A DNA stretch of 38,529 bases from a virus (taxonomy: Duplodnaviria; Caudoviricetes). Position 1 is the first letter of the stretch, and every line of letters starts with the position of its first letter. The DNA lies in IMG/VR virus record IMGVR_UViG_3300012940_000053, positions 1 to 38,529 of that record, one strand, 5' to 3'. Under the pieces are notes generated by a model. The model was given only the letters and a program-made list of their open reading frames with translations, was not told the origin of the DNA and did no database searches. The translations under genes and the position numbers were made by a program. Below, piece after piece: positions 1-8,862 of this stretch.

Positions 1-1
1 G

Positions 2-175
2 ACACGAAAGTCCATGCAGGGTTTAGTGTCGCAAGGTATGGGCGGTAATGTGCAGGCGGCAAAGGAACTGAAGGAAATGTCCGGCCTTCTGAACGCCGGG
101 GATGCCAACAAAACGATTGTGCTTCATCAAATTTCAAGGCCAAAGGTGGTGAGAAAAGATGTAGACATGGGATGA
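2..175 (+). CDS. C-terminal part of probable terminase small subunit (5' truncated by window)
   Basis: Open frame ..QGMGGNVQAAKELKEMSG..DVDMG* read by hand; GNVQAAK motif is typical of TerS C-termini; lies upstream of terL. Confidence 0.5.
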   Translation, partial: TRKSMQGLVSQGMGGNVQAAKELKEMSGLLNAGDANKTIVLHQISRPKVVRKDVDMG

Positions 176-185
176 ATTTATACTC

Positions 186-509
186 ATGCTTGATAGGCTC
201 CCGAAGTGCGCAACCGCGTTTGTGCAAGTGCCAATAACAACAGGCGAGTTTGACACAGGCCCGTTTATGGACCATTTCGGCGCGTTGGCGTTTACAACAT
301 ACAGGTTCGAAGGCAAAACGGAGGATGAAGTTCGGTATGAAATCATGAAATCCTTTATTTTAGCTTCTGAAGGCGCGAAGTTCGTATTCATGCGGGTGCT
401 TCCTGAAATCCGTCCGGTTTATGAGAACGATGATTTCAATATTGTTGACGGGAGCTACGGCCCGGTAATCGGGTGTAAGGGACGGTATAGAATGGCGGTG
501 TGGCGCTGA
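186..509 (+). CDS. Hypothetical protein
   Basis: 107-aa ORF; the better RBS precedes ATG159, which is followed by TAG (see findings). Confidence 0.55.
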   Translation: MLDRLPKCATAFVQVPITTGEFDTGPFMDHFGALAFTTYRFEGKTEDEVRYEIMKSFILASEGAKFVFMRVLPEIRPVYENDDFNIVDGSYGPVIGCKGRYRMAVWR

Positions 510-560
510 TGAAAGAGGTTGTAAGGTATCCTTGGCTAACTAAGAATTGGAGGGGTTATA

Positions 561-1199
561 TTGGCACAGAATCAACCGACGCCGGAGATGATAGCGGCGC
601 TTCAACAGACGAATCAGTTCGGGGGGTTCGGCGATCCGATGATGGGACCATCATCGACACAACCTCCTTCGACTTTGACTTCGCAAAACGGGCTATTGCC
701 GCCCGGTGCCCTGCCGCAGCAACCACCGGCTGCTTCTGCACAGGACGTTGCTGGGAGCATTCTTCAGTTCATGATGCAATCGATAGGGAAGGCCAAGGAA
801 CTCGATTTCGACGTTTTAGCAAATGGTATCAACACGCTAGCGACAGCGTACAAGAGCCTGACGGAACAACCGGCAGGAGCGAATCCGGAAATCGAGATGG
901 CGAAGGCACAGCAAGAGATGCAGATCGAACAACAGAAGGCAGCAATGGAATTGCAGATCATGCAACAGGAGGCAGCGATCAAGCAGGCGCAGATGCAGCA
1001 GGACATGCGGCTCAAGCAATCCGAGCACGCGAACAAGCTCCGTTTAGCGAACGAGCAAGCCGAACTCGACGCCAGCCTTAAAGCAAGGCAACAGCAGCAC
1101 CAAGAAGCAAAAGATGCCGCAGCTTTATCCAGTCAACATGAGATTGGAATGACCAAAGCGCAGCAACAGCCGAAGGCGAGTACAAGCACGAGTAAATAA
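561..1199 (+). CDS. Gln-rich coiled-coil hypothetical protein, possibly virion-associated
   Basis: TTG start after GGAGGGG; Q/M/A-rich helical composition like the portal C-terminus. Confidence 0.75.
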   Translation: MAQNQPTPEMIAALQQTNQFGGFGDPMMGPSSTQPPSTLTSQNGLLPPGALPQQPPAASAQDVAGSILQFMMQSIGKAKELDFDVLANGINTLATAYKSLTEQPAGANPEIEMAKAQQEMQIEQQKAAMELQIMQQEAAIKQAQMQQDMRLKQSEHANKLRLANEQAELDASLKARQQQHQEAKDAAALSSQHEIGMTKAQQQPKASTSTSK

Positions 1200-1242
1200 A
1201 ACTGATCAGCAAATATAGCAAGTCCGATGGGAGGGCAAGCCT

Positions 1243-1410
1243 ATGATTGCAGTTGGACAGCATGAGTTGGCAGAACATGTCCGTGAAGAATTGATTGGAT
1301 TCGGCTTTATTTGTAAGGATTACGAGGCAGAACTTATTGCGTGGATCATGCTGAAATGGCTGATAGAAAAAGGCGCGGCAACAGGGGAGTTGAGAAGCGT
1401 TGATTTGTAA
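1243..1410 (+). CDS. Small protein (55 aa), possibly YozD-like
   Basis: Below ORF-track cutoff; RBS GGGAGGG; MIAVGQHELAEHVREELIGFGF..WLIEKG; similarity to YozD is from memory. Confidence 0.6.
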   Translation: MIAVGQHELAEHVREELIGFGFICKDYEAELIAWIMLKWLIEKGAATGELRSVDL

Positions 1411-2209
1411 AAATTGTCACACATCTGAAATGGTCGTTCCTATGAACGGCCATATTGCTTATCTGGAATGTCCGGCTTGTGGCTGTATTGAGCTTACATA
1501 TGTGCCGCAAGATTACCAGCAAAAGATGCACGAAGTACCAATAGTTGAAGTGTGGGATGATGAGCTTAAAGAATGGCGTTTACAAGCTCAAGTCATTGGT
1601 GTATTCGGGGGCTATGGCTCAGGAAAATCGCGTACCAGTTTAGCAGAAATCTTCTTACGGGCGATGAACAATCCGAGAGGGACCGGGCTGCTCACAGCAC
1701 CCACTTTACAACAGCTTAAACGGACAACACTTAAGACATTTTTTCATGAAGTTTGCCCGCCGCCGTTGATCGAAAGTTATAATAAATCGGATGGAGAGAT
1801 TAAACTTGTTAACGGGTTTGTTTTCTACACGATTCCATCAGACGATGAGGAAAAGATTCGGTCAATTAATGCCGGTCTTATCCACATGGAAGAAGCGTCT
1901 GGTATCAAGCGTTCAATCTATGACCAGCTTCTTACTCGAATGCGCGATCCTTTTGTACACGATCGCCTGTTTATGGTATGTTCTAACCCTGATTTGGGAT
2001 GGATTAAGGATGTCTTTGCTGACAATATCTCAAGAGCGAATCCTGAGCATCCCGATCATGCTAATTATAATCCTTTTATTACGACTTTTGTATGGCAGAC
2101 GTCGCTGAATAAATACCTACCGCCAGACTTCATTGAACTGAACTGTGCAGGTAAGCCGGATTGGTGGATTGCGCGGTATATGAATGGTAGTTTCGAGCAT
2201 GCAGAGGGT
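1400..2209 (+). CDS. terL: Terminase large subunit, exon 1 (Zn ribbon + ATPase)
   Basis: CKNC/CPAC; Walker A GGYGSGKS; Walker B IHMEEAS; coupling motif CSNP; ends ..GSFEHAEG at intron 5' splice site. Confidence 0.92.
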
Positions 2210-2462
2210 AAACGAAAACCTGCCCTCTATAAACACAACAAAATCGGTGAAACCCTGACCGCATAATGGCGAAGGCAATGCCGAGGACAAGCTACACATT
2301 GTAGGTTGATTTCATTAGTGACATGTGTAGAAATCCGTAACGACTAGATGGTTGTGCATAGCCTAACCAGCTATGAAGATATAGTCTGATCTGCATGGAA
2401 ACATGCAGAGGTCGCAGAAATGACGGCCCGCCTACAGATGTAGGTTAACAAGTAACAGTATG
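2210..2462 (+). ncRNA. Group I self-splicing intron without ORF (253 nt)
   Basis: P1 AGAGGGU/GCCCUCU with U.G at splice site; P AAAUCGGUGAAA; Q GGCAAUGCCGAG; R GUAACGACUA; S AAGAUAUAGUCU; P3 CACAAC/GUUGUG; P9 CUGCAUG-GAAA-CAUGCAG; terminal G; removal restores frame. Confidence 0.93.
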
Positions 2463-3185
2463 ATGGTTTATCCGAACTTTGCGAAGTGCTTGAAAGAGTC
2501 TGCTGATTGGTTCAAAGAGCGTGGCATTCCGGGCATCCCGGACTCGTGGGTAAAGTTCGTCAATTTGGATCACGGCTTGCGTAATCCAACAGCCGTATAT
2601 TGGAGCGCAATAGACCCGGATCGGAACCTTGTTGTGACCTACGACGAGTATTATAAACCCGGTCTGGTGCCGGATCATGCGCCGGTTATCAAGCCGAAGA
2701 TCGATGCAATTTCTTCAGGTCGTCTTCAATTTATGGTAGCTGACCCATCGATACGCAATAAAACAGACCCCATTAATGGTAAGTCTGTTCAGTCTATTTA
2801 TCAGGAGTACGGCCTCTATTTTTCGGAAGGAAACAATTCGCTGGACATGGGTTTAATGAAGGTTAATTCGTACATAAATCGCGGTAAGTGGGTGATTCTC
2901 AAGGACAAATGCCCGAATCTTGCCCGCGAAGGCATAGGCTATAAATACCCGGAATTATCGATGGATGACAAGAAAAATCCTGACGAGAAGCCGGAGAAGA
3001 AGAATGACCATGCCATGGACTCTATGCGCTACGGGTTTGCTCGTCTGCCGGATGATCCCGATCAATTAAAAACCATTGCAGGGGAGCCGCCAAAGAAGTA
3101 TACTAAGGAAGATGAAGATAGTGTATACGATGATGAGTATGATGACGAATACGAAAACGGTCGTGATTATCTGAGCTACGTGTAA
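2463..3185 (+). CDS. terL: Terminase large subunit, exon 2 (RNase H-like nuclease); spliced protein about 510 aa
   Basis: MVYPNF continues EG; motifs NLDHGLRNPT, ADPS, NDHAMDSMRY. Confidence 0.92.
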   Translation: MVYPNFAKCLKESADWFKERGIPGIPDSWVKFVNLDHGLRNPTAVYWSAIDPDRNLVVTYDEYYKPGLVPDHAPVIKPKIDAISSGRLQFMVADPSIRNKTDPINGKSVQSIYQEYGLYFSEGNNSLDMGLMKVNSYINRGKWVILKDKCPNLAREGIGYKYPELSMDDKKNPDEKPEKKNDHAMDSMRYGFARLPDDPDQLKTIAGEPPKKYTKEDEDSVYDDEYDDEYENGRDYLSYV

Positions 3186-3197
3186 AGGAGGCTGTTT

Positions 3198-3542
3198 ATG
3201 GCAGCGGAAGGACGTTTGTATACGATTTATTACACTGATGGCACGTACCTGTCATACCATTTATCGGATGCGGATTACGATAAGCTGGTTGTTCAGTTGA
3301 CGCAAGACGACAATCAAGTTTATGTGGGGCTATCGGTCGGTATCTTATCGCTGAAGGATGTACGATCCATTGTCTTGTATCGCGAAAAAGTCGAAGGGGA
3401 AAATTCTTCAGCTTCTCCTGAGCTTTCAGAGGAAGAGGAAAAATGGCTGGAAGCGATGCGCCATGCGGAGCGGCTGGAGCGTGAAGAACTGATTGAAGAT
3501 AGCGATGATGTAAGCTACCATGGGGGTGAGATTCTGCCGTGA
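3198..3542 (+). CDS. Hypothetical protein between terL and portal
   Basis: RBS AAGGAGG; stop overlaps portal start (GTGA). Confidence 0.8.
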   Translation: MAAEGRLYTIYYTDGTYLSYHLSDADYDKLVVQLTQDDNQVYVGLSVGILSLKDVRSIVLYREKVEGENSSASPELSEEEEKWLEAMRHAERLEREELIEDSDDVSYHGGEILP

Positions 3543-5458
3543 ATGATGTTGATAAGCTTTCTGCCGAAGAACAGAAGACATTAATCAGTGACATGGATGC
3601 TCGTTATCGCCGGTCAGAGCAGGCGTTTGTAAAGAAGCGTGAATTATGGAACAAGCTCGACAAGTTTGATCGCGGCGATCAATGGGTAGACCAATCGTTG
3701 CCGCCGTGGATTCCAAAGCCGGTCACAAACTATATTCGATATGTGCGAACGATCAAACGGGCGAATCTCGCATCCGCGATTCCAGAAGCGCATTACACCG
3801 CACTTGAACAGCAGTACGAAGAGGACATGAAGCGGCTGTCAAAAGCGTATAAATACGTATGGCAGTCGGAGCGTGTACCGCGCACGATTCGACGTTGTAT
3901 TGACCGAGCGATCATTCAAGGCACGGCAATTGCTTTCGTGTATAACGATGATGATTTTGTAGGCGGTACTTATAAGGAAGGCAGCAGTAAAAATTCATTG
4001 TTTCGTGGGCGCGTTTGTGTGAAACGTTTTCCGATTGCGCGATTTCATCCAGACCCGGATGCCTATTGCATTGATGAGTGTAAGTTCATTGACATCACAG
4101 ATAACTTGACGCTGAAGCAGATCAAGAATAACAAGAAGTTTAAGAAGTATGCGGGCAAACAACTTGCCGATTTGACGATTGATATGTTGGGTTCGACGGA
4201 CGTTGAAACGGGTGAGATTTTAGACCGCGAAGATGGCCTATCGAATGCGCCAAGCCAGAACATTGTCGGCGACGAGATGGTGACCCTTCATGCACATTGG
4301 GAGCGGTTTGTAAACGAGCAAGGCCGTTGGCAAGTAAATGTCACCTATTACATATCAGGATGCCAATTTGTTTTATATCGAATTGAGGATTATGAGCCGT
4401 CTGAATATCCGTTTGCAATCTTGTATGACGAAGAAGAAGAGAACAGCTTTTTCGGTAATTCAACAGCGATGGATATTTTCGAAAATCAGAAGCTCATCAA
4501 TCGCACGTCGCAGACATCCTCAACCATCGGTGTTTTGAATCAAAACTCGCAGAAAGTTGTTTTGAAAGAATCGGGGATTAATGCACAGGAGATGGCTCGT
4601 ACGGGCACGATGCCCGGTAAGGTTTGGGTGTCGAACGTCGATCCGCAAAAGTCGGTCCATGTATTGAAGCCGGATGACATCCCGAAAGGGCTGTTCGAAC
4701 TGGAGGACCGGCTGAAGAATGACATTAAAGAAATGGTCGGTATCAACGAAGCGTATACCGGCCAATCTATCGGATCGCTGACAACCTCCACCGGCGTTAA
4801 CGCTTTGATCGAACGTGCAACGATTCGTGATAAGGATAAGATGATTCAGATTGACGAGTTTGTAGAACGTATCTCAGACCTCATTATTCTGCACATCATG
4901 TACAAGTGGAAAGACACACGTCCGATCACTACGTTTGACCGCAATAACAAGGCATCTTATGACACCTACGAACCGCTGGATAAAAGCACAATCCGCAACA
5001 TGCAATGGATATGTAAGTCGGACATTTATGCAGTAGCTCCGACGACACAAGCGCTTCGTAAACAGCAGGCCGATGAATTGATGCAAAAGCAAGGACAATT
5101 TAACTACGATCCACCTATCATCACGCCGGAAGAATGGCTTCGATTCCAAGACTTCGATATGAAGGATGTTATCATGGATCGGATGAAAGAAGATCGGGCG
5201 CGGATGGAGAAGGAAAAGGCGCTGCAATCGGCGCAGATCATGGTACAAATTGCCCACGTACTGCAACAAAATCTGGCGCGTGGTATGAACGAGCAGAAAG
5301 CTCTTCAGATCGCACAGCAGGCCGCGCAGCAGTTTATTGACCAGCAGGGCAAGACGGAGCGCACCGGCACACGTCCGCGAGATGCGGCCAAACCGGCGCA
5401 GGCTCCGCAAGGTACTACCGGCCAAGCGGCCATGATGGCAATGAGCAAAGGTAGCTAA
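3539..5458 (+). CDS. Portal protein (P22-like/podovirus type)
   Basis: 639 aa after terL; GDQW..NYI N-terminus, FHPDPDA, SGV-like TTSTGVNAL segment, Q-rich C-terminus. Confidence 0.85.
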   Translation: MNDVDKLSAEEQKTLISDMDARYRRSEQAFVKKRELWNKLDKFDRGDQWVDQSLPPWIPKPVTNYIRYVRTIKRANLASAIPEAHYTALEQQYEEDMKRLSKAYKYVWQSERVPRTIRRCIDRAIIQGTAIAFVYNDDDFVGGTYKEGSSKNSLFRGRVCVKRFPIARFHPDPDAYCIDECKFIDITDNLTLKQIKNNKKFKKYAGKQLADLTIDMLGSTDVETGEILDREDGLSNAPSQNIVGDEMVTLHAHWERFVNEQGRWQVNVTYYISGCQFVLYRIEDYEPSEYPFAILYDEEEENSFFGNSTAMDIFENQKLINRTSQTSSTIGVLNQNSQKVVLKESGINAQEMARTGTMPGKVWVSNVDPQKSVHVLKPDDIPKGLFELEDRLKNDIKEMVGINEAYTGQSIGSLTTSTGVNALIERATIRDKDKMIQIDEFVERISDLIILHIMYKWKDTRPITTFDRNNKASYDTYEPLDKSTIRNMQWICKSDIYAVAPTTQALRKQQADELMQKQGQFNYDPPIITPEEWLRFQDFDMKDVIMDRMKEDRARMEKEKALQSAQIMVQIAHVLQQNLARGMNEQKALQIAQQAAQQFIDQQGKTERTGTRPRDAAKPAQAPQGTTGQAAMMAMSKGS

Positions 5459-5459
5459 G

Positions 5460-5477
5460 TTGAATATTAATATTCAA
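5460..5477. repeat. 18-bp perfect palindrome TTGAATATTAATATTCAA, copy 1
   Basis: Identical copies at 13118-13135 and 35604-35621. Confidence 0.95.
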
Positions 5478-5490
5478 AGGAGATGCAAAC

Positions 5491-5781
5491 ATGAATTTTG
5501 GAGAAGCGTTGATTGAACTGAAGAATGGAAATAAAGTCGCCCGCGCAGGCTGGAATGGCAGGGGGATGTGGATTGTCATGATGCCGTCCCTTTATCTGCC
5601 GCCCCACAATACACAGGAGCCGGGCGCAAAAGTGAATGATCGAACAGCTAAACACATAGGCGAAGATACGCCGTTGGACAGCCAGCCGTACATTGCCATG
5701 TGGACTGCCGCACAACAATGGCAACCCGGCTGGCTGGCATCGCAAGCTGATCTTTTCGCTGAGGATTGGCAAGTCGTTTAA
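5491..5781 (+). CDS. tad2: DUF2829 / Thoeris anti-defence 2 (Tad2)-like protein
   Basis: MNFGEAL..LKNGNKVARAGWNG..PYIAM..GWLASQADLFAEDWQVV signature. Confidence 0.85.
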   Translation: MNFGEALIELKNGNKVARAGWNGRGMWIVMMPSLYLPPHNTQEPGAKVNDRTAKHIGEDTPLDSQPYIAMWTAAQQWQPGWLASQADLFAEDWQVV

Positions 5782-6110
5782 AGCCAGCGGACACCGCTTG
5801 GCGTACAGGAATCCATTATTAAATGAAGAAACACGCCAGCAGCCAGCGCGATACCGGCCATGGGATGCCATAAGCTGCCTGCAATTGCAAAGCAAACCAG
5901 CATGAACCATACCGAATGAACCGCCCCTCTGTGCCGAAACCATAGCCAGAGGGGTAAAATTTTGCCTATTAAGGATCGTCGGTGGTCGGCATCCGGTAGA
6001 ATACAGCCAAGCAGAAACAAGATTGGGTTTAAAAATAAGTCGCCGTTTGCTAGTAACAACCAGAGGCCAATGCCTGCATACAGATGGATTTTCCCGCTGA
6101 AAGCAACCAC
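5778..6110 (-). CDS. YdjM-like membrane-associated metal-dependent hydrolase
   Basis: GKIH, LPDADH, HRGAVHS and HLIMDSCTPSGV motifs plus hydrophobic segments; exact start uncertain (GTG abuts RBS). Confidence 0.85.
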   Translation of the reverse strand: MVAFSGKIHLYAGIGLWLLLANGDLFLNPILFLLGCILPDADHRRSLIGKILPLWLWFRHRGAVHSVWFMLVCFAIAGSLWHPMAGIALAAGVFLHLIMDSCTPSGVRWL

Positions 6111-6129
6111 CCTCCTTCTTCAGTTCCTT

Positions 6130-6159
6130 TAGTATACCCAACTCATTTAGGATGTATTC
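6130..6159 (-). promoter_or_regulatory. Putative sigmaF/sigmaG (forespore) promoter for the YdjM-like gene
   Basis: Minus strand GAATA-N15-GGGTATACTA versus sigmaF consensus GYATA-N15-GGnnAnAHTR; also TGAATA-N18-TATACTA for sigmaG. Confidence 0.65.
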
Positions 6160-6179
6160 AAAAAGTTTTGTGTAAGGTA

Positions 6180-6208
6180 TTGTCAATAGAAAATTTATGT
6201 TGTATACT
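6180..6208 (+). promoter_or_regulatory. Putative sigmaA promoter of head operon
   Basis: TTGTCA-N17-TATACT. Confidence 0.65.
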
Positions 6209-6221
6209 TAGCTTGAATAGT

Positions 6222-6279
6222 AGAGCTTGTACGTTCGGGTGCCCCGTTGGATTACATCCATAATCGGCCTATAAGCTCT
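6222..6279 (+). ncRNA. Structured leader upstream of scaffold gene
   Basis: AGAGCTTGTA/TATAAGCTCT stem enclosing CGGG/CCCG and TGGAT/ATCCA hairpins. Confidence 0.4.
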
Positions 6280-6322
6280 CAAACCTCGCGGGCCACGCGC
6301 AAAAAGGCAAAGGAGTACGCAC

Positions 6323-7285
6323 ATGGAAAATCGAAAATACCTGTTGGACCTTGACCTTCAACTATTCTCTGATGGCGATCCGAATGAAGACGGGCTGATT
6401 GACTTCGACGATGACAAAGGCGATGCCTCTGATATCGATGACGAAAAAGTCAGCGGTACTGAAGATGACGTTGATGATGAGGACATTGACTTTCGAAAGG
6501 TGCTGGAAGGCATCCGTAAGGAAGAAGATGAAGACGATGAAATCGACGAAGATGGAGCCGATCCCGACGAGATAGAGAAGAAGGAAGAGGACCCCGCTGA
6601 ACCTGTTATCGAAGATAAGCCAGAGGAAAAGAAGCCTACACAATCGGCAGAAGAGAATGCGCGATATGCGGAGCAGCGTCGGCAGAAACAACTTGAGGCT
6701 GAAATCCAGAAGGCTAAGGAGTCGGACCCGGCATTCCAAGTTGCCAAGCAGCTTGCCGATATGTACGGGGTAACACCGGAGCAAATGCTGGAGCAACTGA
6801 AGCAGCAAAAACTCGCTGAGGAATCAAAAGCAACAGGGGTTCCGATTGAGCGGCTGAAGCAGGAGCAAGAGCGTGAAGCCCGGTTGAAAGAGGCCGAAGC
6901 CAAGATTGTTGAACTTGAGTTCAATGACTGGAACCGCCGCATGGATGGAGAAGCCAAGAACCTGCTTACTGAATTTCCGATGCTTACCGAAGATGACATA
7001 AAGGAATCTCGTGTACATATGCTTCAGGTCCTTCGGCGTGTGGACCTGCCGCTTGAAGAAGCGGTATACGCGCTGCATGGAAAGAAGATTGCACAGGGAA
7101 TCCGGGAAGCGGCCAAACAGGAAGCTTTGGCAGAAATGTCCGGGCGAAAAACGATTGTTCCTCCGGCGACAACTGGCGTTAAGTCGAACGACACAGGGCT
7201 TACTGCCGATGAACGGTATGCGGCCAAGATGCTCGGTATTTCTGAAGCTGAGTACAAGAAATATGACACCAGACGAAAGGAGTAA
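6323..7285 (+). CDS. Capsid scaffolding protein
   Basis: LDLQLFS N-terminus, acidic tract, coiled coil, LTADERYAAKMLGISEAEY C-terminus; position before capsid. Confidence 0.85.
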   Translation: MENRKYLLDLDLQLFSDGDPNEDGLIDFDDDKGDASDIDDEKVSGTEDDVDDEDIDFRKVLEGIRKEEDEDDEIDEDGADPDEIEKKEEDPAEPVIEDKPEEKKPTQSAEENARYAEQRRQKQLEAEIQKAKESDPAFQVAKQLADMYGVTPEQMLEQLKQQKLAEESKATGVPIERLKQEQEREARLKEAEAKIVELEFNDWNRRMDGEAKNLLTEFPMLTEDDIKESRVHMLQVLRRVDLPLEEAVYALHGKKIAQGIREAAKQEALAEMSGRKTIVPPATTGVKSNDTGLTADERYAAKMLGISEAEYKKYDTRRKE

Positions 7286-7291
7286 TCATGA

Positions 7292-7714
7292 ATGATTGAG
7301 TTTCGTAAAACGTTTGGCGGCGATGCTGCTATGCCGGTCGAAGACTTGGTAATTGACAGCACATACGCCGCTTCGGCCAAGAAGAACGATCTGGTGAAGT
7401 CGTCTGGCGGTGTGATCACAGCGCTTACGGCTACGGATGCTAATGTACTTGGTATGTACGAAGGTCCGACGCTGCAACATCCGACTGAAACTACAAAGAA
7501 GGGCAAAATCCGCACGAACCCGCTGGCGCTGTATGAGGTTAGTTATGTCGGCGGCACTCCGAATGTGGGGCTGTCTTATGGCGTGTCGGTTGCGTCTGAC
7601 GGTACTTATCAGATGAATGTCGCTGATACAACGCATACGATCCTGAAAGTACACGAATTGCTGGAAAACGGCAATGCTATGGTCGGGCTGAACAAAGCTT
7701 CGACTATACTGTAA
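7292..7714 (+). CDS. Probable head decoration/cement protein
   Basis: 140 aa, beta-rich, between scaffold and major capsid. Confidence 0.55.
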   Translation: MIEFRKTFGGDAAMPVEDLVIDSTYAASAKKNDLVKSSGGVITALTATDANVLGMYEGPTLQHPTETTKKGKIRTNPLALYEVSYVGGTPNVGLSYGVSVASDGTYQMNVADTTHTILKVHELLENGNAMVGLNKASTIL

Positions 7715-7745
7715 TTAAACATAAGGAAAGGAGTGTATACATACC

Positions 7746-8660
7746 ATGATTCATGAGGGTAATTATGCCCGACTTCTGGAGCCGGGATTGCGCAAGATTT
7801 TCTTCGAGTCGTATAAGGAAAAGCCGACGCAATTTACACAGGTATTTAACGTCCTTTCCTCGAAGAAAGCGATGGAAACGGACCTTCGGATGGGCGGCTT
7901 TTCGAAGTGGAATAAGAAGGGTACCACGGACAGCACCCAATACGAAGACCCGACGACAACCGATACTGTAATCTACAAGCACTCGACATTTTCTAAGGGC
8001 TTCATCGTCGAGAAAGAGCTTGTAGATGATGAGATGTACGGTCAGATTCGCAAGATGCCGAAAGCCCTTGGTCGCGCTGCACGTTCGACGATTGAAGATG
8101 AGGCTGCTTCAGTTTTCAATGATTCGGCTACGGCGCTGGCTAGGAACTGGAAAGGTGAGGCTTTGATCGGTACTCACGCTCGGCTGGACGGCGGTACCAC
8201 GACGAATGCAATCGGCAACCTGACGCTTTCTGAGCAGAATCTTGAGGTTGCATTGAAGCTGGCTGCTGAACAAGTGGATGAGCGTGGATTGAAGATTCAG
8301 ATGACACCTGACATCTTGGCTGTGTCTCGTAAAAATGAGTTCGTAGCTGAAAAGATTTCCAAAACGGCATCCGTGCCTGTTGCGGGAACTACCGGCGCAA
8401 CGTTCGCAGAACTGGATCATAACCCTATGCGCGGGCGCTTCAAAGTTGTTGTTCTCGACTACCTGAGCGATGAGATGGCAGATAGCTGGTGGTTGCTTGA
8501 CAGCCAACTGCATCAACTGAACTTTTTCTGGCGGGAACGGCTGAACTTCAAGTCCACCAACGACTTCGACACCGATCAAGCGAAGTACAAAGGCCGGTTC
8601 CGTATCTCGTATGGTTGGTCGGACCATCGCGGCGTACTTGGAGCAATTGTAACGGAGTAA
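7746..8660 (+). CDS. Major capsid protein (Mu gpT-like family)
   Basis: LLEPGLRKIF N-terminus and DFDTD..YKGRFRISYGWSDHRG C-terminus; strong RBS; followed by terminator. Confidence 0.88.
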   Translation: MIHEGNYARLLEPGLRKIFFESYKEKPTQFTQVFNVLSSKKAMETDLRMGGFSKWNKKGTTDSTQYEDPTTTDTVIYKHSTFSKGFIVEKELVDDEMYGQIRKMPKALGRAARSTIEDEAASVFNDSATALARNWKGEALIGTHARLDGGTTTNAIGNLTLSEQNLEVALKLAAEQVDERGLKIQMTPDILAVSRKNEFVAEKISKTASVPVAGTTGATFAELDHNPMRGRFKVVVLDYLSDEMADSWWLLDSQLHQLNFFWRERLNFKSTNDFDTDQAKYKGRFRISYGWSDHRGVLGAIVTE

Positions 8661-8675
8661 TTATCAATACATAGC

Positions 8676-8710
8676 AAAACCCCCTAGTCCCTAGCTGCTA
8701 GGGGGTTTTT
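8676..8710 (+). terminator. Intrinsic terminator after major capsid gene
   Basis: AAAACCCCCTAG-N10-CTAGGGGGTTTTT. Confidence 0.85.
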
Positions 8711-8727
8711 AAATGGGTGGTGAATCC

Positions 8728-8862
8728 ATGAAAACGGAGTTTGGAACATTGGCAACAAAGCAGGAAGAAATGCTTTATGCTCTGCTGCTGGAACAGCGCA
8801 AAATGAATCAACTACTTTTGGAACTGAAGGAGGCTCAGAAGAATGGCTCAAAAAAAGTATAA
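8728..8862 (+). CDS. Small hypothetical protein (44 aa)
   Basis: RBS GGTGGTGA; MKTEFGTLATKQEEMLYALLLEQRK..; below ORF-track cutoff. Confidence 0.6.
   Translation: MKTEFGTLATKQEEMLYALLLEQRKMNQLLLELKEAQKNGSKKV

Noticed and set aside
159-164. Genome-wide TAG recoding
   Set aside because: TAG serves as a normal stop at 15563 and 18438, and long genes are intact in the standard code
500-1081. 193-aa alternative-frame ORF
   Set aside because: Overlaps 561-1199, which has a strong RBS and coherent composition
1400-3185. terL as two genes, a pseudogene or a frameshift
   Set aside because: The gap has all group I intron core motifs and splicing restores the frame
5467-6186. 239-aa minus-strand ORF
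   Set aside because: Overlaps the Tad2-like and YdjM-like genes, which carry clear family motifs
6358-6999. Ser-rich antisense ORF (likewise 13226-13660, 16789-17517, 31470-32108)
   Set aside because: Shadow ORFs opposite low-complexity or repetitive genes; no RBS or motifs noticed
8850-8857. A7 slippery site fusing the 44-aa and 193-aa ORFs
   Set aside because: The downstream ORF is in the +1 frame, not -1, and has its own AAGGAGG RBS
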